Notes: generated from the sequence alone by a model not told the origin. 64,000 nt of DNA from a virus (IMGVR_UViG_2974592485_000001:32001-96000); one strand, 5' to 3'; shown: positions 14,697 through 24,863, numbered from the stretch's first letter. Program-made: numbers and translations.

Positions 14697-15182
14697 TTAT
14701 TTTGATTTACGACGTGGCTTGCTGCTAGAACGCTTGATTCCTAGGTGGAAGCAGATTGCTCGAGCATCCTCAGCATCGTACTCTTTGCCAAAGAGATTTG
14801 GCTTCACTGAACCAAAGGTTGCTCTTTGTTCCATAATAAACTTAGACAACTCACGACGTCGACTAGACATCTGTCGGGTGTAGTCCTTCGGTGCCATAGT
14901 ACCTTTAGGGTAAAACTCGTTATCCAGATATGTTCCTGTAACTACAGGGACGCTTTTGTGTCCGTATCCTGCAACAAAGGCTACTAGCCGAGCTTTAGCT
15001 CGGGACTTGGTAGAACCTTTAACCTGAGGCTTAGCTCGTGGCGTAAAGCTCTTAACTGCTTTAGCAGTCTGTGCATCGTTTGGGTGTGCCTTCAAATGGC
15101 GCGCCAGACGACGAGCACGATTAGCTTCGGTTTTGCTGGTGTCTTTTACCACTACAGTTTTTGTATTTTTAGACTTAGCCAT
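14697..15182 (-). CDS. highly basic hypothetical protein (161 aa)
   Basis: K/R-rich, RBS and own promoter. Confidence 0.8.
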   Translation of the reverse strand: MAKSKNTKTVVVKDTSKTEANRARRLARHLKAHPNDAQTAKAVKSFTPRAKPQVKGSTKSRAKARLVAFVAGYGHKSVPVVTGTYLDNEFYPKGTMAPKDYTRQMSSRRRELSKFIMEQRATFGSVKPNLFGKEYDAEDARAICFHLGIKRSSSKPRRKSK

Positions 15183-15219
15183 TTTTATTTCCTTTGTTTG
15201 TTCATTAATTTATGAGATA

Positions 15220-15248
15220 ATTATACGCTTTATTTTGATAAATAGCAA
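15220..15248 (-). promoter_or_regulatory. T5-type sigma70 promoter
   Basis: TTGCTA-17-TATAAT. Confidence 0.85.
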
Positions 15249-15263
15249 CTAAAATTTTATAAA

Positions 15264-15539
15264 TTATCGTCCGATCGTTTTTGCTTGTTCTTCGCTTGCA
15301 ATATACGTGTACGCCCCTTTATTGAATGCGGGTGCTGTGCATAGCTTCTTACGCTCTATTTCTTCCAAAGCTTTAGCTTCTCTAGCAGCCATTTCAGGAT
15401 CGAGAATCTCTTTTTGGACTGGTGGTGGAGGGTTCCTAGTACTAGGCTCTCCGATGTTAATCCCTTTGTTCGGTCTACGAGGAGACTCAGCTCTTTTACG
15501 TAAGGGGATAATCCAAGGTGGTGAGTTATACGTTGGCAC
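15264..15539 (-). CDS. hypothetical protein with APAFNKGAY motif
   Basis: GTG start with AAGGAG RBS; C-terminal motif recurrent in phage proteins. Confidence 0.7.
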   Translation of the reverse strand: MPTYNSPPWIIPLRKRAESPRRPNKGINIGEPSTRNPPPPVQKEILDPEMAAREAKALEEIERKKLCTAPAFNKGAYTYIASEEQAKTIGR

Positions 15540-15745
15540 GGGTTCTCCTTGTAAACTACATGTGAGTCTGTTCTGTAAGCAAGCACTAGGAAACCTTTTT
15601 CTTGTAGTTTCTTAGCTGCCGTAACGGTTTGATGATAGTAACCTGTAGGATTCCTGGAGACTCTGAACTCCCCATAGGCTATTAGATGGCAGGCAACCCT
15701 CTCTGCAAATTCTTTTGTTACTCCGAATTCCTTAGTAGTTGCCAT
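15356..15745 (-). CDS. hypothetical protein, overlapping the next gene by 184 nt
   Basis: AAGGA RBS directly below the promoter at 15776-15804. Confidence 0.6.
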   Translation of the reverse strand: MATTKEFGVTKEFAERVACHLIAYGEFRVSRNPTGYYHQTVTAAKKLQEKGFLVLAYRTDSHVVYKENPCQRITHHLGLSPYVKELSLLVDRTKGLTSESLVLGTLHHQSKKRFSILKWLLEKLKLWKK

Positions 15746-15775
15746 TTGCTAATCCTTCTCTAAATTTATGGAATA

Positions 15776-15804
15776 ATTATACAGATTATTAGGCTAAATA
15801 GCAA
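15776..15804 (-). promoter_or_regulatory. T5-type sigma70 promoter
   Basis: TTGCTA-17-TATAAT. Confidence 0.85.
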
Positions 15805-15957
15805 ATAAAATTTTAAAAAACATTTTCTAACTCTTTTGCGTAGTTAAATTTAAACATAGATAGGCGCCATAACCGGTAGTTTCTTTCCTCTATACTAGAG
15901 GAAAAATAAACACTACGTTTTATATCGTGATATGTACGCCTAATACCTAGGATATAT

Positions 15958-16437
15958 TCAGGACTTAAGATAATCATCTAATTCGTGCTCCGATAGTACA
16001 ACATTACACAATGCGTCAACCCTGTCATTTCTAGGATCTCCCGAATGCCCCTTAACCTTAATAAAGGTTGGAATCTCCCCATGAAAATCCTTATATTTAG
16101 TTAATAGCGTGAATGCCTCTTTCCACAATTCTAAGTTTAAGGGGGTCTGGCCATCTGCCTTCTTCCACCCCTTCCTCTGCCACGACCATAACCAAGACTC
16201 CATACCATTTTTAACATAGGTAGAGTCAGTATATACTTTAATGGGTCTTCCATCAGATTTAGTTGCCCACCTAAGTAGCTCTACTACTGCAGTTACTTCC
16301 ATCTCATTGTTGGTAGTTTCTGAACTATAACCTGATTTCTTCCCTAGCATATCGTCGTTTTCATCAAACACACAGAAAGCCCAGGATCCTTTCCCGGGGT
16401 TACCTCTGCAAGCCCCATCAGTAAATACGTGAAACAT
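15958..16437 (-). CDS. rnh: ribonuclease HI
   Basis: FTDGACRGNPG, TTNNEME, TDSTYV, VKGHSG, NDRVD. Confidence 0.96.
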   Translation of the reverse strand: MFHVFTDGACRGNPGKGSWAFCVFDENDDMLGKKSGYSSETTNNEMEVTAVVELLRWATKSDGRPIKVYTDSTYVKNGMESWLWSWQRKGWKKADGQTPLNLELWKEAFTLLTKYKDFHGEIPTFIKVKGHSGDPRNDRVDALCNVVLSEHELDDYLKS

Positions 16438-16661
16438 TATTGATAACCTCTCTCATTTGGGTGCTCCAGTTGTGCTGGAGGTGGTGGAGGTGGAGGTATG
16501 CCCCTACGGGCTGGACTAATAATACCTAGCAGATTGTTTAGAATGTAGTCAATACCTTCTCCTATCATTTTGTCTAATATAGGTTTTGTGTAGTGGGGTA
16601 CCAAAGCTTCATATTTTCGTTTCTGCTTTTCATCTAAGTAAAATTTTGGTGTAAAAATCAT
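16437..16661 (-). CDS. hypothetical protein with poly-proline tract
   Basis: ORF between td and rnh. Confidence 0.7.
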   Translation of the reverse strand: MIFTPKFYLDEKQKRKYEALVPHYTKPILDKMIGEGIDYILNNLLGIISPARRGIPPPPPPPAQLEHPNERGYQ

Positions 16662-16669
16662 ATTAATCC

Positions 16670-17503
16670 TTAGGCTGACATTTTGCCCACTAGTTTGCCA
16701 TGTGGGTTATAGTCCTTTAAGATAAAGTCTTTAGCATCTAGAGCTAATACCTCTTCTAAAGTAGAAAACTCAGGTAAGATTAATTCTGGTAAGTCTTTAG
16801 GCTCTCTGGTGAGTTGTTCTGTAATCTGATCTATGTGGTTCTGGTAGATGTGCGTATCCCCTAGATGTACACATAGTTCTCCAACATCTAGCCCACAAAT
16901 CTGTGCTAAAATATGTGCTAGTGTTGCGTAACTTGCAATATTATAAGGTAACCCTAGGAATACATCACAACTAGGCTGATACCAAGTAAGATTTAACTTA
17001 TTCTTGCGGGTATTAACAACGAACATAAGATGACACGGAGATAGTACCATATCTGGTAAATCTAAGGGATTCCATGCGGATACAATCATTTTACGATTAT
17101 GGAATGTATCGTTCTTAATATCTTTGATTAACTTAGTGATCTGGTCTACTTGGATAAATGATCGCCATTGTTTACCATAGATTGGTCCTAGGTAACCATC
17201 TTCGTACCCCTTTTCTTTACCCTGCTTCTCGTAATTACCCGTCCAGATAGTACCCCTCTCGCCTCTAGTGCCGTACGTCCGCTCTTCCAGATCATACATG
17301 TTAGTAGAGCCTGAAAGGAACCAAAGTAACTCCGCAACTACTCCTCTAAAGAATAGATGCTTTGTAGTAACTGCTGGGAATCCCTTTTGCAAATCGAATT
17401 TTAACATACGGTTTAAGACAGACACTGTGCCAGTCCCAGTCCGATCCATAATCCAATCACCGTTAGCTAGTACGTCTTGTGCTAGATCTAAATACTGCTG
17501 CAT
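16670..17503 (-). CDS. thyA: thymidylate synthase
   Basis: DRTGTGT, ELLWFLSG, GPIYGKQWR, LSPCH, LGLPYN, GDTHIYQNH. Confidence 0.96.
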   Translation of the reverse strand: MQQYLDLAQDVLANGDWIMDRTGTGTVSVLNRMLKFDLQKGFPAVTTKHLFFRGVVAELLWFLSGSTNMYDLEERTYGTRGERGTIWTGNYEKQGKEKGYEDGYLGPIYGKQWRSFIQVDQITKLIKDIKNDTFHNRKMIVSAWNPLDLPDMVLSPCHLMFVVNTRKNKLNLTWYQPSCDVFLGLPYNIASYATLAHILAQICGLDVGELCVHLGDTHIYQNHIDQITEQLTREPKDLPELILPEFSTLEEVLALDAKDFILKDYNPHGKLVGKMSA

Positions 17504-18093
17504 TAATAAATCTCCCTATACTGAGCAAACTTGTTAGTGTTGGTAGCATTCTCATTGACCTTATGCATGAGAATCCTGGTTGGGGAATTTAAAGTACTGG
17601 AGGGTAAAGTTAAGTAGGTATGAGGATAGTGTGACCATCCCTTAGATTGAACTATAGAAACTAAAGCCTCAGAAATTAAGTCTAAGGAGTACAGTGTAAT
17701 TAGTAAATTAGCTCCCCCTATGCATATTCCAGTATATCCTAGACCTTCTAAGTACATATCTAAGGACTTTCCTACCTGAGATACTCTAAGGTGCCTATCT
17801 AAAGCTCCTAAGCTATACTCTTCTGACTCTTTTTGGTTTCTGCCTACTAGTACCCATTTAACGGTACCTGCCGCTTCCTCTATTTTATGTAGTATGCTAG
17901 AAGGTGTGGATTCGTACCATTTTTCTGTAGTTACTAGTATAGGTTCTTTTTCTTTACTTTTGATTTTCAGTGAGAAGTTATTTAGCCCCCAATAGAATCT
18001 TTCAAGCTCTTCGGGGTATGAGCCCCACGGTAATCCATTACCATGGTTAGACCCAAATTCTCCTCGTGGTCCTTTAGCATAAACTGCGTACAT
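17503..18093 (-). CDS. frd: dihydrofolate reductase (divergent)
   Basis: N-terminal ...GEFG...GLPWG, CIGGANL; adjacent to td as in T5. Confidence 0.8.
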   Translation of the reverse strand: MYAVYAKGPRGEFGSNHGNGLPWGSYPEELERFYWGLNNFSLKIKSKEKEPILVTTEKWYESTPSSILHKIEEAAGTVKWVLVGRNQKESEEYSLGALDRHLRVSQVGKSLDMYLEGLGYTGICIGGANLLITLYSLDLISEALVSIVQSKGWSHYPHTYLTLPSSTLNSPTRILMHKVNENATNTNKFAQYREIY

Positions 18094-19229
18094 TATAGAT
18101 CTCCAATTAAGTCTGACATGTTTTCGATCTCACTATCAGACGTGGCTTTTGTTTGTCCCATCTTATAATTGGTTATTTGCATCTCTTGTGGGGCTACTTG
18201 TTGACTAGATGGGTCTAACCACTTGTTAATCCACAAGATTGGATTTTTTTCTACTACAGGAAGATTATCCGGCCATGCAATGCCTACCCCTGCAAATGAA
18301 TTTCTAGCTATAAAGTATAAATATTCAGGTAGATTGGTAGAATTTAATCCAATTATCTTTCTACCTTCTGAGAAGATAAACTTAGCCCAGTTTATTTCCG
18401 TATCTAATACGGAGGCCATGATTTCTGGTGCTGCTGCTTCTGCCTCTGCCCACTCCTTTGGAGTTACTTGAGTTTTCAGAATATTTAGAATCTCACGGCT
18501 TGCTACTGTATGCAAGGCCTCGTCCTTAGCAATCAGTTGCAAACTTTTTGCAACTCCAGGCAGTATATCCTGCTCAGCTAGTGCAAACGTACATGCAAAG
18601 GATGCATAAAACATAATAGACTCTAGGGCATAGATAGCAAAGTATACTTTACATAATAGTACCCTAAGTTCTGCTTCTACTTCTTCCAATTCTGTATCCG
18701 GATAGTCTTTAGGGTTATCCCTAACGAATGTCCAATATAGACCCTTTTCTGCTAACTCATCTAAAATACCTATGCTATTAGCTACCCTAGCAAATGCGTG
18801 TTCGTTCTTGTTAACGGACTCGATAAATTCTGAGGGGTCTGTAAGTACGTTCCTAATAATATTAGAATACGCTCTAGAGTGTAAGTTCTCAAAGTATGAC
18901 CATTGGATTAGTAGGCCTTCTAGCTCTGGACGTGATACTAGTTGAGAAATGGCTGTTTCAGGTGCTCGTGTAATCAGAGAATCTGCAATGGTCTGCCACC
19001 CAAGGTTAAGTCTAGTAATGTCCTTAATATGTTCGGGAAGTGTAGGCCACTGGGCTTTATCCTTCTCTAAGGATATCTCATTCTCATACCACATTTGGCT
19101 TCTTTGCTTTAGTGCAAGGTCTTCCAATACTTGGTATTTAACATTTACATAGTCAGCTACCCCTAGTTCATCCCCTAGGAATAACTTTTCTTCATTTAAA
19201 TTGTAGTCTCTATTATAAACTGTTGCCAT
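18093..19229 (-). CDS. nrdB: class Ia ribonucleotide reductase beta subunit
   Basis: ENLHSRAY, ESIMFYASF and DEALH di-iron/radical motifs. Confidence 0.96.
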   Translation of the reverse strand: MATVYNRDYNLNEEKLFLGDELGVADYVNVKYQVLEDLALKQRSQMWYENEISLEKDKAQWPTLPEHIKDITRLNLGWQTIADSLITRAPETAISQLVSRPELEGLLIQWSYFENLHSRAYSNIIRNVLTDPSEFIESVNKNEHAFARVANSIGILDELAEKGLYWTFVRDNPKDYPDTELEEVEAELRVLLCKVYFAIYALESIMFYASFACTFALAEQDILPGVAKSLQLIAKDEALHTVASREILNILKTQVTPKEWAEAEAAAPEIMASVLDTEINWAKFIFSEGRKIIGLNSTNLPEYLYFIARNSFAGVGIAWPDNLPVVEKNPILWINKWLDPSSQQVAPQEMQITNYKMGQTKATSDSEIENMSDLIGDL

Positions 19230-19257
19230 AATACCCTCCTATTAAATTTCAATACCT

Positions 19258-19306
19258 AGTATAGCAAAAATAAAGAAGCCTAGCAAGTGTAATTTTGCTA
19301 GGCTTT
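19258..19306 (-). promoter_or_regulatory. promoter overlapped by an inverted repeat
   Basis: TTGCTA-17-TATACT (19258-19286); AAGCCTAGCAA/TTGCTAGGCTT inverted repeat covers the -35. Confidence 0.65.
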
Positions 19307-19310
19307 AGTG

Positions 19311-21590
19311 TTACAGTGTGCAACCACCAGATGAACAGCCTACTCCATTAGCAGACTCTGACTCAATTAAGAAGTTAGCGTAGTATAGGTTTTTTACTCC
19401 GTACTTAGACAGTAGAATTAAATCCTTAATAACAGCAGCATTAGGAATTATTCCTCCCTCATACTGATTGAAGTCGTAGTATAGATTAGTGCTTATAGTT
19501 TGTTGTACAAACTTTTGCAATACTGCCAACCATTTAATATGTTCCTCTCTGTCGATAGAGAAAGCATACTTATAGGATAATCCTGTATCCCAGTCTGATA
19601 GACCTGGAACTACAGTTACTACTGCACCTTGAGCACTAGACTTAATAGTCACAGGCTGTCTAGGAGGTTCTACGGAGTTTGTTACTCCTAACAATACAGA
19701 ACTAGACTCCCCAGGCATACAAGCTGTTAGTACAGAGTTTCTCATACCGTATTTTTTGATATCTTCTCTGAGAGAATTCCAGTCCTGCTCTAAGTCTACA
19801 GTTACTAGAGTATCTACAGATTTTTTATAGGTATCAATACACAGTATATTCTCGCTAGCCTGAGTTCTATCAAACCAGTCACATTTACCTAGTTCTCTAG
19901 CCAGAGATACGGAGGCCTTATACAAGAAGTACTGGGCTTTTTCCGCCTCTCTATGGATCCAGTTCCTAGCCTCTACACCTTCGAACGCTAAGCCCTCTTT
20001 AGCCATAGCACCCGCGGCATTCATTAAGCCTATACCTACATTTCGTCTCGCTTTAGCTGTATACTCTAGGGATGGGTATGGGTAGTACTGAATATCAATT
20101 ATGGAGTCTACAAACTTAAGTAGTACATAAGCAGTATGCTCCCAATTGCTGATATTTCCTAACACTAGTCCCCCAAGGTTACACAGGGATACTTCTCCAG
20201 TGGTTTCGGTCTTAAACAAGTCAGCTACTGATTCGTAGGGGGTTGTAGGCTGTAAAATCTCTTGACATAGGTTACTCATTCTAATAGGGTCTTTGTAAGG
20301 GGAGTTCCTATTAGCCTCCATAACGTTCATGGCATATACTCTGCCTGTTTCTAGACGAATAGTTGCCCATTGATCTAGTAGTGTAGCTGCTGGGATAGAT
20401 TTTACTCTGGATAGTCTTTGCCCTCTAAATCCTACTACTGTAGAATCCTGAAGTCTATTTTCCGCTTCTTCGTAAAGTCTGTCGAACAGCTCCTCGTCAC
20501 CCGAATGGAACGCTTCCCACACCTCAGGGGCATCCAGGATAGAGAACAGTGTTATATTTTTCTTTTGTAGATAACGCTTCAGAAGTAGGTTACTATACTT
20601 AAGACTGTAGTCCATCTTATCTATTTTATTCTCTTCTGGAGTTCTCTGAGACTTAACTTGCATAAGCTCTAGAATCTCAGGGTCGAAGAAATTATAATGT
20701 ACAGTTGCTGAACCTCCCCTGCTCTGCTGCTGATTAGCCTTTACTGCCCTATCAATATGCTTATAATAAGGGATTTTACCAGAGTGAGAGAATGCTCCGT
20801 TTCTAACTGGATTTGCAATAGATCTGCTTTCTAAGTGATATCCAATACCTGCTCTAGCAGCAGTCATAGTATATACTACTTCCGCAGCAGCCCCTATACT
20901 CCCTAAAGTATCCCCTGCGTCAACTAAACAGCAGGAAGCAAAACCATTATCTCCTGATCGTAGACCTACCAGAGGAGGTGTAGGGACATTTATACGGTGT
21001 AGGGATAACTCATTGTATAGATCAATGCCGTCCTTAACAGAGTACTGAGGTAGTTGGAGCATCTCTAGAACCATACCCATATACATGAACTGAGGGGTTT
21101 CGTATGTCTGCCCTGTAATTGTGCTGCGTCTAGAGTACTTATCTAAAAACTGTTTTAATCCCCCACTAGTAAATAGGTGATCCCTAGAGTGGTCTATTAC
21201 CTCATTTAAGGCTTCGAACTGTTCATCGGACACCCACTCAGATTTATCTGACCATTGCCCTAAGGTTACCATCCAGTCATGGTAGGCTCTAAGAGATGGA
21301 GGGTAGTAAGAGTCGAATAGTCTCTTTCTCATCTGAGCAATCATTAGTTCTTTAGCGGGTATATCATAGTCAGGATTTTCCTGAATCATGTCTATAGCTG
21401 TTCTGATTAAAACTTCTGTTAGTTCATCTGAATCAACCACAGTATCGGAGATACCTTTTATGGCACGCATGACCAGATCTGACCAGTTAGCTGTAGATTC
21501 TCCTACTGCCCATTCTCCCCACTGGTTAAGTTTCTCTGGCATGAAAGCCTCTATAGTACCGTCTCTTTTAATTACTTTTTCAATTGCCAT
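19311..21590 (-). CDS. nrdA: class Ia ribonucleotide reductase alpha subunit
   Basis: ATP cone (VIKRDG), ASCC, SNLCQE, C-terminal CSSGGCTL; start moved to MAIEK (GGAG RBS). Confidence 0.96.
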   Translation of the reverse strand: MAIEKVIKRDGTIEAFMPEKLNQWGEWAVGESTANWSDLVMRAIKGISDTVVDSDELTEVLIRTAIDMIQENPDYDIPAKELMIAQMRKRLFDSYYPPSLRAYHDWMVTLGQWSDKSEWVSDEQFEALNEVIDHSRDHLFTSGGLKQFLDKYSRRSTITGQTYETPQFMYMGMVLEMLQLPQYSVKDGIDLYNELSLHRINVPTPPLVGLRSGDNGFASCCLVDAGDTLGSIGAAAEVVYTMTAARAGIGYHLESRSIANPVRNGAFSHSGKIPYYKHIDRAVKANQQQSRGGSATVHYNFFDPEILELMQVKSQRTPEENKIDKMDYSLKYSNLLLKRYLQKKNITLFSILDAPEVWEAFHSGDEELFDRLYEEAENRLQDSTVVGFRGQRLSRVKSIPAATLLDQWATIRLETGRVYAMNVMEANRNSPYKDPIRMSNLCQEILQPTTPYESVADLFKTETTGEVSLCNLGGLVLGNISNWEHTAYVLLKFVDSIIDIQYYPYPSLEYTAKARRNVGIGLMNAAGAMAKEGLAFEGVEARNWIHREAEKAQYFLYKASVSLARELGKCDWFDRTQASENILCIDTYKKSVDTLVTVDLEQDWNSLREDIKKYGMRNSVLTACMPGESSSVLLGVTNSVEPPRQPVTIKSSAQGAVVTVVPGLSDWDTGLSYKYAFSIDREEHIKWLAVLQKFVQQTISTNLYYDFNQYEGGIIPNAAVIKDLILLSKYGVKNLYYANFLIESESANGVGCSSGGCTL

Positions 21591-21641
21591 TTTATCTCCA
21601 AGATAAAAATACCCAGACACTAGGCCTGGGTATTTGAGTTG

Positions 21642-21863
21642 CTATGCTAATTCTGGTTCTGTTAAGTTAAGGTTTATTTCCATGGCTTTTCTCATTAGCT
21701 CTGATGGGGATCTATAGGAATATGCTAGCCTAGCTGCCTCCATTACACTAGACTGCAGCGATAGTCTAGTGTCCTCATCCATTCTAGCTAAAATGGAATT
21801 TGCTAACTCAAGGTTTCTATGCGTGCCTTCTTTAGCGCTACGAAATTTATACACGTTGGTCAT
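21642..21863 (-). CDS. hypothetical protein (73 aa)
   Basis: Coupled to the phoH stop. Confidence 0.7.
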   Translation of the reverse strand: MTNVYKFRSAKEGTHRNLELANSILARMDEDTRLSLQSSVMEAARLAYSYRSPSELMRKAMEINLNLTEPELA

Positions 21864-22621
21864 TATACCAATCCCTTATCTTTAAAGATGGAGTAGAAAG
21901 CAGAAGACTCTGGTGATCTAACATTATCTGTCAATTCAATTAGATTGAAGGGTACATATTCGTACTCGTCCCTAATGTCCATTAACAGTTGTAGGCCTGA
22001 ATTAGCCTTAATGTCTTTTTGTGCCACATCTCCGCAAATAATTAATTTACAGTCTAGACCTACACGAGTTACTAGACACATCATAGCCTCGATAGATATA
22101 TTTTGAGCCTCATCTACAATAACGTACGCGTTATTAAATGTTCTACCTCTAGCATGTTCAATGGCTAGGTACTTTATGGTGCCTCTATTGACCATGTTCT
22201 TATACGCGTGTTCCCCAATAGCCCACTTTATACCGTCTGCTATAGGTTCTAGCCAAGGCTCTAGCTTTTCTGCTAGGTCTCCAGGTAGCATTCCTAGGGC
22301 TCTACCTAAAGGCTCGTTTGGCCTAACCATGATTATATGGTCATAGACTGAATTGGGTTTAGTCAACTCCTGTGCAGCTTTAACTGCTGGAATAAACGTT
22401 TTACCTGTGCCCGGTTCCCCTATTGCAACAGTTACTTTGTTGTTGTCAATAGCATTGACGTACTTTCTTTGCCCGTCATTTTTAGGCTGAAGAGCTTTCA
22501 CTACAGTAAAGCCAGTATCAGAACGATCTTCATATCTTTCAGTACGGTCTACTTGGGTGCTTCTACGATTATTGGTTGAAACACGTTGAGCCCTTTCTTT
22601 TCCTCTTTTTCTTCCACCCAT
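21863..22621 (-). CDS. phoH: PhoH-like ATPase
   Basis: GEPGTGKT, LPGDLAEK, RGRTF, DEAQN, GDxxQxD. Confidence 0.95.
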   Translation of the reverse strand: MGGRKRGKERAQRVSTNNRRSTQVDRTERYEDRSDTGFTVVKALQPKNDGQRKYVNAIDNNKVTVAIGEPGTGKTFIPAVKAAQELTKPNSVYDHIIMVRPNEPLGRALGMLPGDLAEKLEPWLEPIADGIKWAIGEHAYKNMVNRGTIKYLAIEHARGRTFNNAYVIVDEAQNISIEAMMCLVTRVGLDCKLIICGDVAQKDIKANSGLQLLMDIRDEYEYVPFNLIELTDNVRSPESSAFYSIFKDKGLV

Positions 22622-22693
22622 AAAGTCTCCTAAGGTATTACTACGAAACGCTGTGTACGTCCGCTAGTTAATAGATCTCTACTTTTCACATAT

Positions 22694-22722
22694 ATTATAT
22701 CAATATCTACTCTCGATGGCAA
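22694..22722 (-). promoter_or_regulatory. leftward sigma70 promoter
   Basis: TTGCCA-17-TATAAT. Confidence 0.8.
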
Positions 22723-22914
22723 GAGAAATTTTTGGTTCGCTCAAGGAAAGTATAAATAAAGCCTAAATATTATTTGACTTACAGTGGGCAAGTGTGTTAT
22801 TAGATAGTCATTTATTTATTATACGCGCGCGTACGTATATCATGTACAGGGACTCATTAGCAAATACAATTTTGTTAAATTTGTGTAACATCCGTTGTTA
22901 TACAAATAATTGGA

Positions 22915-22943
22915 TTGACATACACGATAGAATAAGGTATAAT
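22915..22943 (+). promoter_or_regulatory. consensus sigma70 promoter for nrdD
   Basis: TTGACA-17-TATAAT. Confidence 0.9.
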
Positions 22944-22972
22944 GTTGTATATTAATTGCTAAGGAGGACTAT

Positions 22973-24826
22973 ATGCAAAATAGGCTGCACAAAACCGCAA
23001 TCAACTGCAAAGAAATACTTGAAGAGACTGCTAATGATGAGCTGCTCTTTAATAACGCTAACAAACCTTCAGAACGTTTCTCTACTCAGAGGGATATGTT
23101 AGCAGGGGAAATAAATAAGTTTTTAGTTCTTGAGGAAATGCCTCACAACATTAAGATAGCACATGAAATCGGGGATATTCATTTTCACGATACTGATTAT
23201 GCTGCTCAAGGGTATACTAACTGCTGCCTTATAAATTTGGCAGATATGCTAGAAAAAGGTACTACAGTAGGTAATGCTGCTATAGAAAGCCCTAAGTCTA
23301 TTACTACTGCTGCTGCTATCACATCACAAATTATTGCTCAAGTAAGTTCCCACCAATATGGGGGGCAATCTATCGATAATATTGATATTGTCCTAGCCCC
23401 TTACGTTAGGCGTAGTTACGATAAGCACTTAGCTTTTGCTAGACGCTGGTTGAAAAATGAGGCTAAGGCTGCTGTTATGGCTACTGATATGACTGAGAAA
23501 GAGGTGTATGATGCCTGTCAAGCTTTGGAATACGAATGTAATTCCTTATATAACTCTAATGGGCAGACTCCGTTTGTTACCTTTGGATTTGGTTTAGGGG
23601 AAAGCTGGGAAGCCAGACTAGTACAGAGAGCCATACTAGAAGTTCGCATGACTGGTCTAGGAGCAGATAAACGCACGGCCATATTTCCTAAACTAGTATT
23701 CGCTCTTAAAAAGGGCTTGAATGCTGATGCAGGGGATCCAAATTACGATATTAAGCAACTGGCCATTAAATGTACGTCTGAACGAATCTATCCTGACTAT
23801 GTATTCTATGATAAAGTGGTAGAGGTTACAGGGGATTTTAAATTCCCTATGGGATGTAGATCTTTTCTAGGCTCTGTACCTTCTGGAGAGACGTCTGGTA
23901 GAAATAACCTTGGAGTTGTCACGGTCAACCTGCCGCGTATTGCTATAGAATCAGAAGGGGATGAGTATAGATTCTTTGAAATTCTAAAGGCTAGAGTAGA
24001 GCTTGCTATCCAAGCCCTCAACTGGAGAATAAAACGTCTAGAGCATGTTCAAGCTAAGGCTGCCCCTATCCTATATATGCATGGTGCGTTTGGTCTTAGA
24101 TTACCTCCTAATGAATATGTGCTAGATCACTTAAGAGATAGGGCTTCAGTGTCTCTAGGGTACATTGGCTGTAATGAAATGCTACAATTCATGTTTGGTA
24201 AGGATATAGACCCTTTATCGGACAAAGCTATCAGTTTTGTGTCTGGGGTTCTAGGGTATATGAAGTTTAGAGCTGAAGTGGAAAAAAGAGATACAGGTTT
24301 TGGGTTCTCTCTTTATGGCACTCCTTCTGAGTCCTTATGCGATAGGTTTAACCGTCTCGATAGGGAATGGTACCCAGAGCATGAGGATATTCTAGGTAAG
24401 GGATATTATACTAATTCGCACCACTTAGACGTAGAACGTAAAGTCTCCCCAAATACAAAGATAGATTATGAGAGCAATTTTACTATCTTAGCTACAGGGG
24501 GTTGTATCACTTATGTAGAGCTACCAGATATGAAGAAAAATCTTAAGGCTCTTGAGTGGGTTGTAGACTATGCTAGTACTAAGGTACACTATTTCGGAGC
24601 TAATAGCCCCATAGATTCCTGCTACGAGTGTGGGTTTTTAGGTGAAACAGTAGCTACCGAGAACGGATTCTCGTGTCCTCACTGTGGTAACCATAACCCT
24701 GAGACTATTGAAGTCACTAGGAGAGTTTCCGGGTACCTAGGTAACCCAGGAGCAAGACCTTTCAATCCTGGAAAACAGCACGAGGTCATGGGAAGGGTTA
24801 AGCACTCAGATATTCGAGCTAAGTAA
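22973..24826 (+). CDS. nrdD: anaerobic (class III) ribonucleotide reductase
   Basis: NCC, MGCRSFL, two CxxC, RVSGYL glycyl-radical motif. Confidence 0.96.
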   Translation: MQNRLHKTAINCKEILEETANDELLFNNANKPSERFSTQRDMLAGEINKFLVLEEMPHNIKIAHEIGDIHFHDTDYAAQGYTNCCLINLADMLEKGTTVGNAAIESPKSITTAAAITSQIIAQVSSHQYGGQSIDNIDIVLAPYVRRSYDKHLAFARRWLKNEAKAAVMATDMTEKEVYDACQALEYECNSLYNSNGQTPFVTFGFGLGESWEARLVQRAILEVRMTGLGADKRTAIFPKLVFALKKGLNADAGDPNYDIKQLAIKCTSERIYPDYVFYDKVVEVTGDFKFPMGCRSFLGSVPSGETSGRNNLGVVTVNLPRIAIESEGDEYRFFEILKARVELAIQALNWRIKRLEHVQAKAAPILYMHGAFGLRLPPNEYVLDHLRDRASVSLGYIGCNEMLQFMFGKDIDPLSDKAISFVSGVLGYMKFRAEVEKRDTGFGFSLYGTPSESLCDRFNRLDREWYPEHEDILGKGYYTNSHHLDVERKVSPNTKIDYESNFTILATGGCITYVELPDMKKNLKALEWVVDYASTKVHYFGANSPIDSCYECGFLGETVATENGFSCPHCGNHNPETIEVTRRVSGYLGNPGARPFNPGKQHEVMGRVKHSDIRAK

Positions 24827-24831
24827 CCACA

Positions 24832-24863
24832 TAAGCCAAGTCAATTGACTTGGCTTTTATTTT
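24832..24863 (+). terminator. intrinsic terminator
   Basis: AAGCCAAGTCA-AT-TGACTTGGCTT followed by a T tract. Confidence 0.75.
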
